This document shows positions 45,802-55,181 of a DNA stretch of 64,000 nt, piece after piece; the stretch's first letter is position 1, and each line of letters begins with the position of its first letter. The position numbers and the translations under genes were made by a program. The DNA comes from Bacteroidales bacterium UBA5219 (GTDB lineage: Bacteria > Bacteroidota > Bacteroidia > Bacteroidales > ML635J-15), in assembly GCA_002412425.1 (NCBI GenBank), contig DHVB01000031.1:14782-78781 (forward strand), written 5' to 3'. The notes beneath the pieces were generated by a model that saw only the letters and a list, made by a program, of their open reading frames with translations, did not search any database and was not told where the DNA came from.

Positions 45802-46716
45802 ATGAAAATAGATAAAAATCTGAAAAACAAAAAAGTAGAACTTTTGCAATACTATCGCAGTCGAGCAGAAGAATTTTTAAGTGAAATAAAACTTACTTAT
45901 GGCAATACCCAATATAGAGAACAAGCATCTGCTATTAACAAATCACTCATAGAAACTAAAGATATTTTGTTGGCAACACTTTTGCAGATAGCAGAAAATG
46001 AGAAGTGGACAAATAGGGAAAAACTCGAAAGTATTCTAATGATCACTTATACAAATTACATTGTAATGCTTGAATCAAGAAATAATGTTTGGTCCTATGA
46101 ATATATGACATTTTCAAGAAGAATTGGCGAATTATGGGAACCTTTTTGTAAACTTTGTTTTGCTTATCCTATTAATAAAATTCAACTATTCATACCACCA
46201 TTATTTTCTGAAGTTAAAAAGAAATTATCAGATGAAATAGAGGCGTATATTGATAAATTGAAAATATCAAAAGAAGAAAAAAAACAATTAAAAAAGTATT
46301 ATTACAAAGTTTGGGGACTTGTAACATCGGGAGAAATAAAACTTGAGTTAGATTTACATTTTATCTATAATAATCAAAAAATTGTTGTTGATTTTAAAAG
46401 TGGGTTTGGCTCAAACGAAAAAGGAAATACAAACAGACTTCTTTTGGTTGCTAGTATTTATAAAAACTTAGAAGAAAATTATAAATGCATGATTTTTGTT
46501 AGAGCGAATGAAAATAATCATTATTTTCAAACACTCAAGAACTCAGGTATTTGGGATGCTTTTAGTGGAGCAGAAGCATATAATCAAATGAATATTTTTT
46601 CTGGGTTTGATATTAAAAATTGGATTGAACTTAATGTTAATTGGGAGAAAGATTTCAAAAAAGAAACAATGCAATTTTTTAAACAAAACAATCTTGACCA
46701 ATACTTAATTTGGTAA
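45802..46716 (+). CDS. hypothetical protein, candidate PD-(D/E)xK restriction endonuclease
   Basis: ELDLHFIYNNQKIVVDFKSG fits a D...DxK nuclease core. Its stop overlaps the methyltransferase start (TAATG). Confidence 0.45.
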   Translation: MKIDKNLKNKKVELLQYYRSRAEEFLSEIKLTYGNTQYREQASAINKSLIETKDILLATLLQIAENEKWTNREKLESILMITYTNYIVMLESRNNVWSYEYMTFSRRIGELWEPFCKLCFAYPINKIQLFIPPLFSEVKKKLSDEIEAYIDKLKISKEEKKQLKKYYYKVWGLVTSGEIKLELDLHFIYNNQKIVVDFKSGFGSNEKGNTNRLLLVASIYKNLEENYKCMIFVRANENNHYFQTLKNSGIWDAFSGAEAYNQMNIFSGFDIKNWIELNVNWEKDFKKETMQFFKQNNLDQYLIW

Positions 46717-48230
46717 TGTTTCAGGAAGCAAGAAAATATCAGGCATTTTATACCAAATCAACTCCGATTGTTGATTATATGGTGCAAAACTTATCATTAA
46801 AATCTGATGATAGAATATTAGAACCATGCGGAGGCGATGGGGTCTTTGTAGAATCAATTATTGATAAAAATGAATATGCATATGTTGATATTTATGAATT
46901 GAATGAAAAATCTATAAAAATATTAAATAAAAAATTTTCATATTTACCTAATGTAAGAATAAAACATAGCGACACGCTTTTAGACGAAGAATTAATATTT
47001 AATTCAAGCTTTGGGGGAATTTATGACAAAATTATTGCAAATCCACCTTATGGAGCATGGCAGGATTATGAAAAAAGAGATGTTTTAAAGAAATTATTTC
47101 CAAATATCTATACAAAAGAAACTTATGGTTTATTCCTTTATAGGAGTATTGAACTATTGAGGGATAAAGGATTACTCACTTTCATAATCCCTGACACATA
47201 TTTAAATTTGCACATGCATAAAGCTTTGCGAAAGCATATTTTAAAAAAAACCAAAATAAAAGAACTTGCACTATTTCCATCTTCATTTTTCCCTGGTGTA
47301 AATTTTGGTTATGCAAATTTATCTATAATTACACTTGAGAAATGTTTTAACCAGAAAGAATGTTTAAATAATAATTTCAAAATAATTAATGGATTCAAAA
47401 ACGTAGAACAACTATCGGATATAAATTCGGAAACAGATTTAAATATAAAAATTTATCATCAAAAGGATATTTATACAAACCCTGACCATGCATTTTTGAT
47501 TTCTGATAATTTTGAAATAATAAATGCAATTAATAATTCAAAACTAAAAATAGGAGAAATTGCAAGTTGTGTAACTGGCTTCTACTCAGGAGATGATAAA
47601 ACATTTTTGCAAGTTAGTAATACGGATTTGAAAAATGCAAAAAATTATAATATAGTTAATCCTAATTCAATAAATAGGGATTATCAAAATATTTCCAATT
47701 TACTTGATGGTATTAATGGGACAAAACATTTTATACCAATTGTTAAAGGTGGAAATGTAAAATACTTGAAGTCAGAAGGGTGGTTTATGAATTGGAGCAA
47801 GGAAGCTGTAAAGCATTATAAAACTGATAAGAAAGCAAGATTTCAAAACCCTCAATTTTATTTTAAATTTGGAATAGGCGTACCAATGATTAGTAGCAGT
47901 AGCATTACTGCATCATTAATTGAATACAAATTATTTGATCAAAGTATTGTTGGAATCTTTCCAAAAGACGAAAGTTTAACGTATTATTTATTAGCATTTT
48001 TTAATTCGCCTACTTGTAATAAATTCATTCGAACAATAAATCCATCGGCAAATAATCCTGCCAATTATATCAAGAAAATTCCATTTATTATTCCTGAAAA
48101 ACATGTTTTAAATTTAATAAATCAGAAAACAAGTGAAATTCTTAATTCAATTAAACAATTAGGGGGTTATAATGATGATACTGAGAGGGAAATTTGGAGT
48201 ATAATTGAAGAAATATATCAAATTGATTAA
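46716..48230 (+). CDS. N6-adenine DNA methyltransferase (gamma class, Eco57I/TaqI-like)
   Basis: Motif I LEPCGGDGVF and motif IV IIANPPYG, with a long C-terminal target-recognition region. Confidence 0.85.
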   Translation: MFQEARKYQAFYTKSTPIVDYMVQNLSLKSDDRILEPCGGDGVFVESIIDKNEYAYVDIYELNEKSIKILNKKFSYLPNVRIKHSDTLLDEELIFNSSFGGIYDKIIANPPYGAWQDYEKRDVLKKLFPNIYTKETYGLFLYRSIELLRDKGLLTFIIPDTYLNLHMHKALRKHILKKTKIKELALFPSSFFPGVNFGYANLSIITLEKCFNQKECLNNNFKIINGFKNVEQLSDINSETDLNIKIYHQKDIYTNPDHAFLISDNFEIINAINNSKLKIGEIASCVTGFYSGDDKTFLQVSNTDLKNAKNYNIVNPNSINRDYQNISNLLDGINGTKHFIPIVKGGNVKYLKSEGWFMNWSKEAVKHYKTDKKARFQNPQFYFKFGIGVPMISSSSITASLIEYKLFDQSIVGIFPKDESLTYYLLAFFNSPTCNKFIRTINPSANNPANYIKKIPFIIPEKHVLNLINQKTSEILNSIKQLGGYNDDTEREIWSIIEEIYQID

Positions 48231-48245
48231 ATACGCAACACTAAA

Positions 48246-50995
48246 TTGAAAGAATTTCCCAAAAATATAAATTTCAAATACAGCTGGAGAACTTATCAGA
48301 AAAGAGTTCTTGATGATTTAGAACAACATCTTGATGATAATCATTTGCATATTATTGCTCCACCAGGCTCAGGAAAAACTGTGCTTGGACTCGAAGTTGC
48401 TATTCGACTTAATAAACCAAGCTTGATTTTTGCTCCAACTATCGCAATTAGAAACCAATGGATTCAAAGACTTTGTGAACTATTTCTTCAAACAAACGAA
48501 ATGCCCGACTGGATTTCTATAGATATAAAAAATCCAAAATTTCTTACAGTTGTTACTTATCAGGCTCTTCATGCAGCAGTAACAAACACCATTGTTGAAG
48601 AAGATTCAGAAATTCTTGATGCAGATGAGGATTTTGAAAACGGCGAAAATGAAAAAACTGTAAAAATTATTGATGCTACAGATATTGTAAACTCACTTAA
48701 AGACAAAGGTGTGAAAACTATTGTTGTTGATGAGGCACATCATTTAAAAAATGAATGGTGGAAATGTCTTAATGTAGTTAAAAAAGCTTTAAAACCTACA
48801 ATAGTTGGATTAACAGCAACTCCTCCTTATGAGTTTCTTATACTGAGTGGCAAAGATATATTGATTTAAATGGTCCTGTCGATGCTGAAATATCTGTCCC
48901 AGAACTTGTTGCTGAAAATGATTTGTGTCCTCATCAAGATTATATTTATTTATCAGAACCTACTGAGGAAGAATTTTCAATAATTCAAAACCAAAGAAAC
49001 AAAACACAAAATATTTATGAAGAAATAAAAAACGATGAGGTATTAATAAAAGCTCTAACCAATCATAAAATTTTCCTAAACCCTTCTGAAAACCTCGAAT
49101 GGATATATAATAATCTTGAATATTATTCCTCAGTATTAATTTTTCTAAATTCTATAGGCAAATTTGTTACAAAAGACCATTTAAAAGTAATTGATACTAA
49201 GAAATTTACATTGCCAGAGCTAAATTATGAATGGCTTGAAATTCTTCTATCGTTTTACCTTTTTGAAGATAAAGAAAACTTTACTGCTTATGAAGATCAC
49301 AAAGAAAAACTGATAAATAAATTAAAGAGAAATGGATTAATTGAGAGAAAAAGAATAAATTTCCAGTATAATCAAAAAGTAGATCGTTTGATTAGCACAT
49401 CGTTGAGCAAATTACAAAGCATAAAGACTATTGTAGATGTTGAGTATAGTGTGTTAAGAAACAATCTGAGAATGGTAATTCTTACGGATTATATTCGCAA
49501 GGAATTTTTGATTAATGAAAGTCAAAACAATTTAGTTTTAAATAAAATAGGCGTATTGCCAATATTTGAACAACTTAGAAGAGCTAATGATAAAAATATA
49601 AAATTAGGAATTCTTTCTGGTTCTTTAGTTGTGATACCAAAAACAGCAACAAAAGCTCTTACAGAAGCTTCACAGAAATTAGGTATTGAAAATCTTTCGT
49701 TTTCAAATTTAGCTTACGACAATAATTATTTAATTGTAAACTCCAACGAAAGTATTAAGCACAACATTGTACATTTAATTACTCAAATATTTGAGCAAGG
49801 AGAAATAGAAGTTCTTATTGGTACAAAATCATTATTAGGAGAAGGTTGGGACGCTTCAACTTTAAATTCTTTAATTTTGGCAAGTTTTGTAGGTTCTTAT
49901 GTTCTTTCAAATCAAATGCGAGGTAGAGCAATACGTTCTGATAGAAAGAATCCAAATAAAACAGGCAATATTTGGCATTTAGTTTGTGTTGACCATACAG
50001 CAAATGACGGAGGTAGTGATTTGCATTTAATGAAAAGACGTTTTAAATCTTTTGTTGGTATAAACAATAAAAAAGAAGTTTTTGTAGAAAATGGAATTGA
50101 CAGACTAAATCTGCCTAAAAATTTTACAGACTTAGAGCTTGCAAATTATAATAAACAAACTATTCAAATAGCAAGTCAGAGAGAAAATTTAAAAAAGAAA
50201 TGGAGCGATGCACTGTTAAATGGTGTTAATATTGTAGAAGAAATAAAAGTTCCATTTCCTGATGATAAGGATTACAAAAAGTTAATATCATTATACTATT
50301 ACAAAACTATTGCTTACCTTTTTGCAACATTGGGAGCAAGTTTATTTGTCTTTTTTAAAACTTTTTTAGAAACTTTAGGCAGATCAATATCAAATATTCG
50401 TTCTATGAACGATTTATTTGCATTTATAATGGTTTTTGGTATTATTGGCGTTCTTTTGTTTGGGTGGCAGTTTTATAGAACTTTTCGGATATACATTAAG
50501 TATAGAGACATTTCTAAAGATGCTCATCAAATTGGAGAAGCTTTGTTAGAATCGCTTGTAAAGGTTGGAGCAATACAAACTGAGTATTCAAAATTGTTTG
50601 TGAAAACCTCAATTGACGATATTGGAGCTATTTATTGCCATCTTGATGGAGGTACGACATACGAAAAATCTTTGTTTATAAAGGCTATGCAAGAAATATT
50701 AGCAAATATTGATAATCCTCGATATTTAATTATTAGAAAAAGTTTGTTTTTAAAAATAATATCTCAAAAAGATTATCATTCTGTACCAGAAATACTTGGT
50801 CAAAACAAAAAATCAGCCGAATATTTCGCAAGACAATGGAAAAGATTTGTTGGCTCATGCAAATTGATTTATACAAGAACAATTGAAGGAAGAAAAATAC
50901 TATTAAAATCGCGACTAAACTCCCTCGCTTCAGAATTTGAAGAAAAAACAGAAAGAATAAATACAAATAAGATAAATACTAAATTGAGGAGATAG
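48246..50995 (+). pseudogene. SF2 (ResIII/DEAD-DEAH) helicase with two predicted TM helices, interrupted by a 1-nt frameshift near 48832
   Basis: APPGSGKT, VDEAHH, LTATPPY, then after the shift VSYTEWQRYIDLNGPVDAEISVPELV..., LGEGWD and QMRGRAIR. Hydrophobic segments are IAYLFATLGASLFVFF and FAFIMVFGIIGVLLFGW. The track splits it into 48246..48869 and 48923..50995. Confidence 0.8.
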
Positions 50996-51037
50996 TGGTG
51001 AGTTGTGGGGATTTTTAAAAACAAGATTTTAGCGTAT

Positions 51038-51099
51038 AATCTAAAAATTATTTTACTATATTTGTGAAATGAAAATGTTGCATTTACTAATTGAATCTA
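51038..51099. repeat. right 62-bp direct repeat bracketing the cassette
   Basis: See 45727-45788. It contains a TAtaTTTG box at 51057-51064. Confidence 0.95.
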
Positions 51100-51172
51100 A
51101 ATTATAATAAAAAACTCAAATAAATTTTTTTATATTTAAAAAAGACTATATTTGTATTTATTGAAAATTATT

Positions 51173-51673
51173 ATGAGTATGAAAAAAGCATTTTTAATTT
51201 TGATATTTTGTGTTTTTGCAAGTTTTGCATCTAAAGCTCAGTTTAGTGGGTTTGTTGATTTAAAAATACCGACAGCCGAAAATTCTGTTCCTTTTTTTGG
51301 TCCTGGTGTGCAGTATCTTCATGAATTAGAAAATGGTTTGAGTATAGGTGGATTAGTTGCTTATCGCCAAAGATTAGATTTTAACAGTTTTAGTGGTAAT
51401 ATTCCTATTATGCTTGTTTCTAGATATTATACTAGCGGTAGGGGCAGAGGATTTTATCCTCAAGTAGGTGTAGGTTTTAACACAACATTTAGAATATATA
51501 AAAATAAATTACTAAACCGAACAGACTCATATTCGATAACATGTTTTTCGTATGTAGCTGGTATAGGCGGAAAATTCAAAAACAATTTAGATATATCTGC
51601 ACATTTCGAAGGATATGTTCTAAATGCAAAACATAGTGGAGCTATTTTGTTAAGGGTTGGATTTGGAATTTGA
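51173..51673 (+). CDS. small outer-membrane beta-barrel protein (tandem paralogue 1)
   Basis: Signal peptide (MSMKKAFLILIFCVFASFASKAQ). It shares blocks with the next gene (IGG..AYRQ.L.F, NIPIM..(S/A)RYY, LYPQ.G.G, GGK.KNNLD.S.HFEG). Confidence 0.6.
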   Translation: MSMKKAFLILIFCVFASFASKAQFSGFVDLKIPTAENSVPFFGPGVQYLHELENGLSIGGLVAYRQRLDFNSFSGNIPIMLVSRYYTSGRGRGFYPQVGVGFNTTFRIYKNKLLNRTDSYSITCFSYVAGIGGKFKNNLDISAHFEGYVLNAKHSGAILLRVGFGI

Positions 51674-51728
51674 TAAAAAAAAGACCTGTTTTAATAAAAG
51701 TATGTATTAAATATTTGAAATTTTATAT

Positions 51729-52235
51729 ATGAAAAAAGTATTTTTAATTTCTATTTTTTGTATTTTTATAAGTTTTACATCTGTGTCCCAAGAAGCGAGC
51801 GGAAATGTAGATTTTGTAATTCCTACATATTCCGGCGCAGATCCTTCTTTAGGAGTAGGATTATTGTATCTTTATGACTTAGACAATGGCATTAACATTG
51901 GTGGATATACTGCTTATCGTCAAATGTTGAATTTTAAAGGATATTTTTCTAATATTCCAATAATGTTTATTGCTAGATATTATATAAATGGTGGAAGTAG
52001 TGGACTTTATCCTCAAATAGGTTTAGGTGCAGACTATTCGATTGCAGTAATTAAATACAAATGGTGGGAAAATCTTGTTTACAAAGTTTCCTCTTCAGCT
52101 ATATCTTTTGCATATTCAGTAGGCTTAGGTGGAAAATTAAAAAACAATTTAGATTTATCCGGACATTTCGAAGGGCGTGTATATAAAAACAATCATAGAG
52201 GATATGTCGTATTGAGAGTGGGATATTGGTTTTAA
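51729..52235 (+). CDS. small outer-membrane beta-barrel protein (tandem paralogue 2)
   Basis: Same architecture and conserved blocks as 51173..51673. Confidence 0.6.
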   Translation: MKKVFLISIFCIFISFTSVSQEASGNVDFVIPTYSGADPSLGVGLLYLYDLDNGINIGGYTAYRQMLNFKGYFSNIPIMFIARYYINGGSSGLYPQIGLGADYSIAVIKYKWWENLVYKVSSSAISFAYSVGLGGKLKNNLDLSGHFEGRVYKNNHRGYVVLRVGYWF

Positions 52236-52240
52236 GAATA

Positions 52241-52330
52241 TCAGTTAAAAGTTTATAAAGTTCGTAAAGTTCGTAAAGTTTGTAAAGTTTGTAAAGTCGC
52301 TTCGACTTTCAACTTTTAACTTTTAACTGA
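52241..52330. repeat. long hairpin of short-period repeats (NNTAAAGTT x5 opposed to AACTTTN x4) between convergent genes, probably a bidirectional terminator
   Basis: tcagttaaaagtttataaagttcgtaaagttcgtaaagtttgtaaagtttgtaaagtcgcttcgactttcaacttttaacttttaactga fills the whole gap between the stops at 52235 and 52332. Confidence 0.8.
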
Positions 52331-52331
52331 A

Positions 52332-53384
52332 TTATTTCCCGTACATTTTTTCGTAATAGCTTTTGTAATCGCCTGATACTATGCGATTTAGCCATTCTTG
52401 ATTTTGTAAATACCAATCAACAGTTTTTTCTAGTCCTTCTTCAAATTGTAAAGATGGTTCCCAGCCAAGTTCTTTCATTAGTTTTGAGCTATCGATTGCA
52501 TAACGCAAATCATGTCCTGCACGGTCTTTAACAAAAGTGATTAGCGAAGCTGATTTTCCTTCTTCTCTGCCAAGTTTTTTGTCCATAACTTTGCAAAGTA
52601 CTTTTATCAAATCAATATTTTGCCACTCATTATTTCCGCCAATGTTGTAAGTATCGCCAAGTTTTCCTTTATGGAAAATTATATCTATAGCTCTTGCGTG
52701 GTCGTGAACATAAAGCCAGTCGCGAACATTTTCGCCTTTTCCATAAATTGGAATTGGTTTCATGTTTTTAATATTGTTAATTGCTAAAGGAATTAGTTTT
52801 TCAGGAAATTGATTAGGACCGTAATTGTTTGAACAATTAGACAAAACAACAGGTAAATCAAAAGTGTGAAAATATGCTCTTACCAAATGGTCTGAACTTG
52901 CTTTAGAAGCAGAATATGGCGAACGTGGATCATAGCTTGTTTCTTCTGTGAAAAAACCTTCTGCACCAAGCGAACCATAAACTTCATCGGTAGAAATATG
53001 GTAAAAACGTTTTCCAGAAAAATTATCCTTCCAACAAGCACGAGAAGCATTTAATAAGTTTACAGTTCCTATAATATTTGTGAAAATAAATTCAGTTGGA
53101 TTACTAATACTGCGGTCAACATGAGATTCTGCTGCTAGGTGAATTACACCATCGGGATTGTATTTATTAAAAACAGCATTTATAGCTTGCTCGTCAACTA
53201 TATCTATTTTTTCAAATTTATAATTTGGTAATTTTTCAATATCTCTAAGGTTTTCTAAATTTCCAGCATAAGTTAAACTATCAATATTTACAATATTGTA
53301 GTTAGGATATTTTGTTACAAAAAGTCTAACAACATGAGAGCCAATAAAGCCAGCACCACCAGTAATAAAAATAGTTTTGTTCAT
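52332..53384 (-). CDS. rfbB: dTDP-glucose 4,6-dehydratase
   Basis: ITGGAGFIGSH Rossmann motif and YSASKASSDHL (YxxxK). I chose the ATG at 53384 because the track's 50-aa N-terminal extension is non-native. Confidence 0.93.
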   Translation of the reverse strand: MNKTIFITGGAGFIGSHVVRLFVTKYPNYNIVNIDSLTYAGNLENLRDIEKLPNYKFEKIDIVDEQAINAVFNKYNPDGVIHLAAESHVDRSISNPTEFIFTNIIGTVNLLNASRACWKDNFSGKRFYHISTDEVYGSLGAEGFFTEETSYDPRSPYSASKASSDHLVRAYFHTFDLPVVLSNCSNNYGPNQFPEKLIPLAINNIKNMKPIPIYGKGENVRDWLYVHDHARAIDIIFHKGKLGDTYNIGGNNEWQNIDLIKVLCKVMDKKLGREEGKSASLITFVKDRAGHDLRYAIDSSKLMKELGWEPSLQFEEGLEKTVDWYLQNQEWLNRIVSGDYKSYYEKMYGK

Positions 53385-53489
53385 AGTAAAAATTTTTTTA
53401 AAATTTAATTCGCTAAGATACAAATATTTAGTGAGGCTTACTAAAAATTTATAAAAAATCTTAATTTTGTAAATTAAAAAGGCTTTACT

Positions 53490-54128
53490 ATGTTTTGTCC
53501 ACTTTGCAATAATGTTAATACAGAAGTTTTTCAAGAAGTAAATTCAAAACTTTATTATAAATGTTATAATTGTGATTTGATATTTTTAGACAAAGCTCAC
53601 TATTTGAATCAGGAAGAGGAAAAAAAGCGTTACAATTTTCATCAAAACTCACTTGAAAATCAAGGATATATCGACTTTTTAAGTCAACTTATAAATCCTT
53701 TAAAAGAATTTTTAAAACCTACATTTCAAGGATTGGATTTTGGCTGTGGACCAAATTCCGTTTTAGCACAATTAATGAATCAATATGGCTTTAGTTGCGA
53801 TTTTTACGACCCCTATTTTTTCCCCAAATTAGTTAAAAACAAAACTTATAATTTTATAACAGCTACCGAATGTTTTGAGCATTTTTTTGAACCAAAAAAG
53901 GAAATTGAATTATTAATTTCATTATTAAAACCTAATTCTTATTTAGGAATTATGACAGAATTGCTTGCAGACGAAAGCAATTTCAAAAACTGGTATTACA
54001 TTAAAGATCCCTCTCATGTTTGTTTTTACAGTTTAAAAAGTTTTGAATTTTTATGTAAAAAATATGGTTTTAAAATGCTTTATACAGACAAAAAAAGGGT
54101 GGTAATTCTTATTTATCAGGGCGTTTAG
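53490..54128 (+). CDS. class I SAM-dependent methyltransferase with N-terminal zinc ribbon
   Basis: CPLCNN...CYNCD and GLDFGCGPN (motif I). Confidence 0.7.
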   Translation: MFCPLCNNVNTEVFQEVNSKLYYKCYNCDLIFLDKAHYLNQEEEKKRYNFHQNSLENQGYIDFLSQLINPLKEFLKPTFQGLDFGCGPNSVLAQLMNQYGFSCDFYDPYFFPKLVKNKTYNFITATECFEHFFEPKKEIELLISLLKPNSYLGIMTELLADESNFKNWYYIKDPSHVCFYSLKSFEFLCKKYGFKMLYTDKKRVVILIYQGV

Positions 54129-55125
54129 CAAATTTTTGAGCCAACATACTTGCTAAAACTAACTGCAAAGCATGAAATATCATTAAAGGCAATAAAATAA
54201 CACCAACACCAGCAATTCCTGGGAAAAGAACTTTTGACATTACTGTTCCGTGAACTAAAGATTTTTTAGAACCACAAAAAACAGCTGTAATATGGTCTTC
54301 TATTGAGAATCTTAAAAGTTTTCCGATAAAAGTAACAATTCCATAAATAATAAAAAATAAGGCTATCATTGCTAATCCTAACACAATTAATTCCCAAGTT
54401 GCATATCCCGAAAACATTTTATTTGCAAATGAATCGCAAAAAGAAACATAAACAATTAAAAGAATAATGCTTTGGTCAAATATTCTAAGTTTATTGCTGT
54501 TTTTTAAGGCTATTTTTCCAAATTTTGGGTGTAAAAGCACTCCAATAGCCACAGGTAATAAAACTTGTAAAGATAGCTTTATAATAACGTTAGTAAGGTC
54601 AAAATCACCACCGCTAGTGCTTATAAAAATTCCCATCCAAACAGGAGTAATAAAAACTCCAATTATACTTGAAAGAGAAGCATTAAAAATTGCAGAAGTA
54701 ATATTTCCTCTAGCAAGAGATGTCATAACAACAGACGAAGAAACGGTTGACGGTAATGCTGCTAAATAGAAAATTCCCAACCATAAAAGTTTATTTCCAA
54801 AAGAGCCAAAAATTGCCATAAACACTAAAACTACAATAGGAAAAATTATAAAAGTAGCAGTTTGCACAACAATATGTAATTTCCAGTTCGACAAGCCTTT
54901 TTTCAGTTCTTGCGGACTTAATTTTAAGCCATAGAAGAAAAAAATTAAAGAAACACCAATATTTCCAATATCGTTTAAAGTAACTTTTCCTTCATAAACG
55001 CCAGGTTGCCACCAAAAATACGCTAGAATAATTACTCCAATAATTCCAATAACAAAAGAATCCAAGCCTGTTTTTGCTTGAATTTGCTTTATTTTTTTTG
55101 CAATATTTTTAATATTGAAACTCAT
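54109..55125 (-). CDS. bile acid:sodium symporter (BASS/YfeH-like) family transporter
   Basis: Polytopic membrane protein of 338 aa with a BASS-like pattern. Its 3' end overlaps the convergent methyltransferase gene by 20 nt. Confidence 0.75.
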   Translation of the reverse strand: MSFNIKNIAKKIKQIQAKTGLDSFVIGIIGVIILAYFWWQPGVYEGKVTLNDIGNIGVSLIFFFYGLKLSPQELKKGLSNWKLHIVVQTATFIIFPIVVLVFMAIFGSFGNKLLWLGIFYLAALPSTVSSSVVMTSLARGNITSAIFNASLSSIIGVFITPVWMGIFISTSGGDFDLTNVIIKLSLQVLLPVAIGVLLHPKFGKIALKNSNKLRIFDQSIILLIVYVSFCDSFANKMFSGYATWELIVLGLAMIALFFIIYGIVTFIGKLLRFSIEDHITAVFCGSKKSLVHGTVMSKVLFPGIAGVGVILLPLMIFHALQLVLASMLAQKFAKRPDK

Positions 55126-55181
55126 TAAAAATAAATTTGTGCAAACTTAAATAAAAAACTGAATGTTTAGCAGGAAAATGA

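Larger units (their letters stand above)
45727..51099 (+). mobile_element. putative inserted gene cassette (nuclease candidate, methyltransferase, helicase) bounded by 62-bp direct repeats
   Basis: Near-identical direct repeats lie at both ends. The three genes are co-directional and tightly packed. No integrase or transposase lies inside. Confidence 0.45.

Noticed and set aside
53385-53534. 50-aa N-terminal extension of rfbB given by the ORF track
   Set aside because: The extension precedes the Rossmann GGAGFIGS N-terminus, which normally lies within the first ~15 residues. It also overlaps the divergent methyltransferase gene, so I prefer the internal ATG at 53384.
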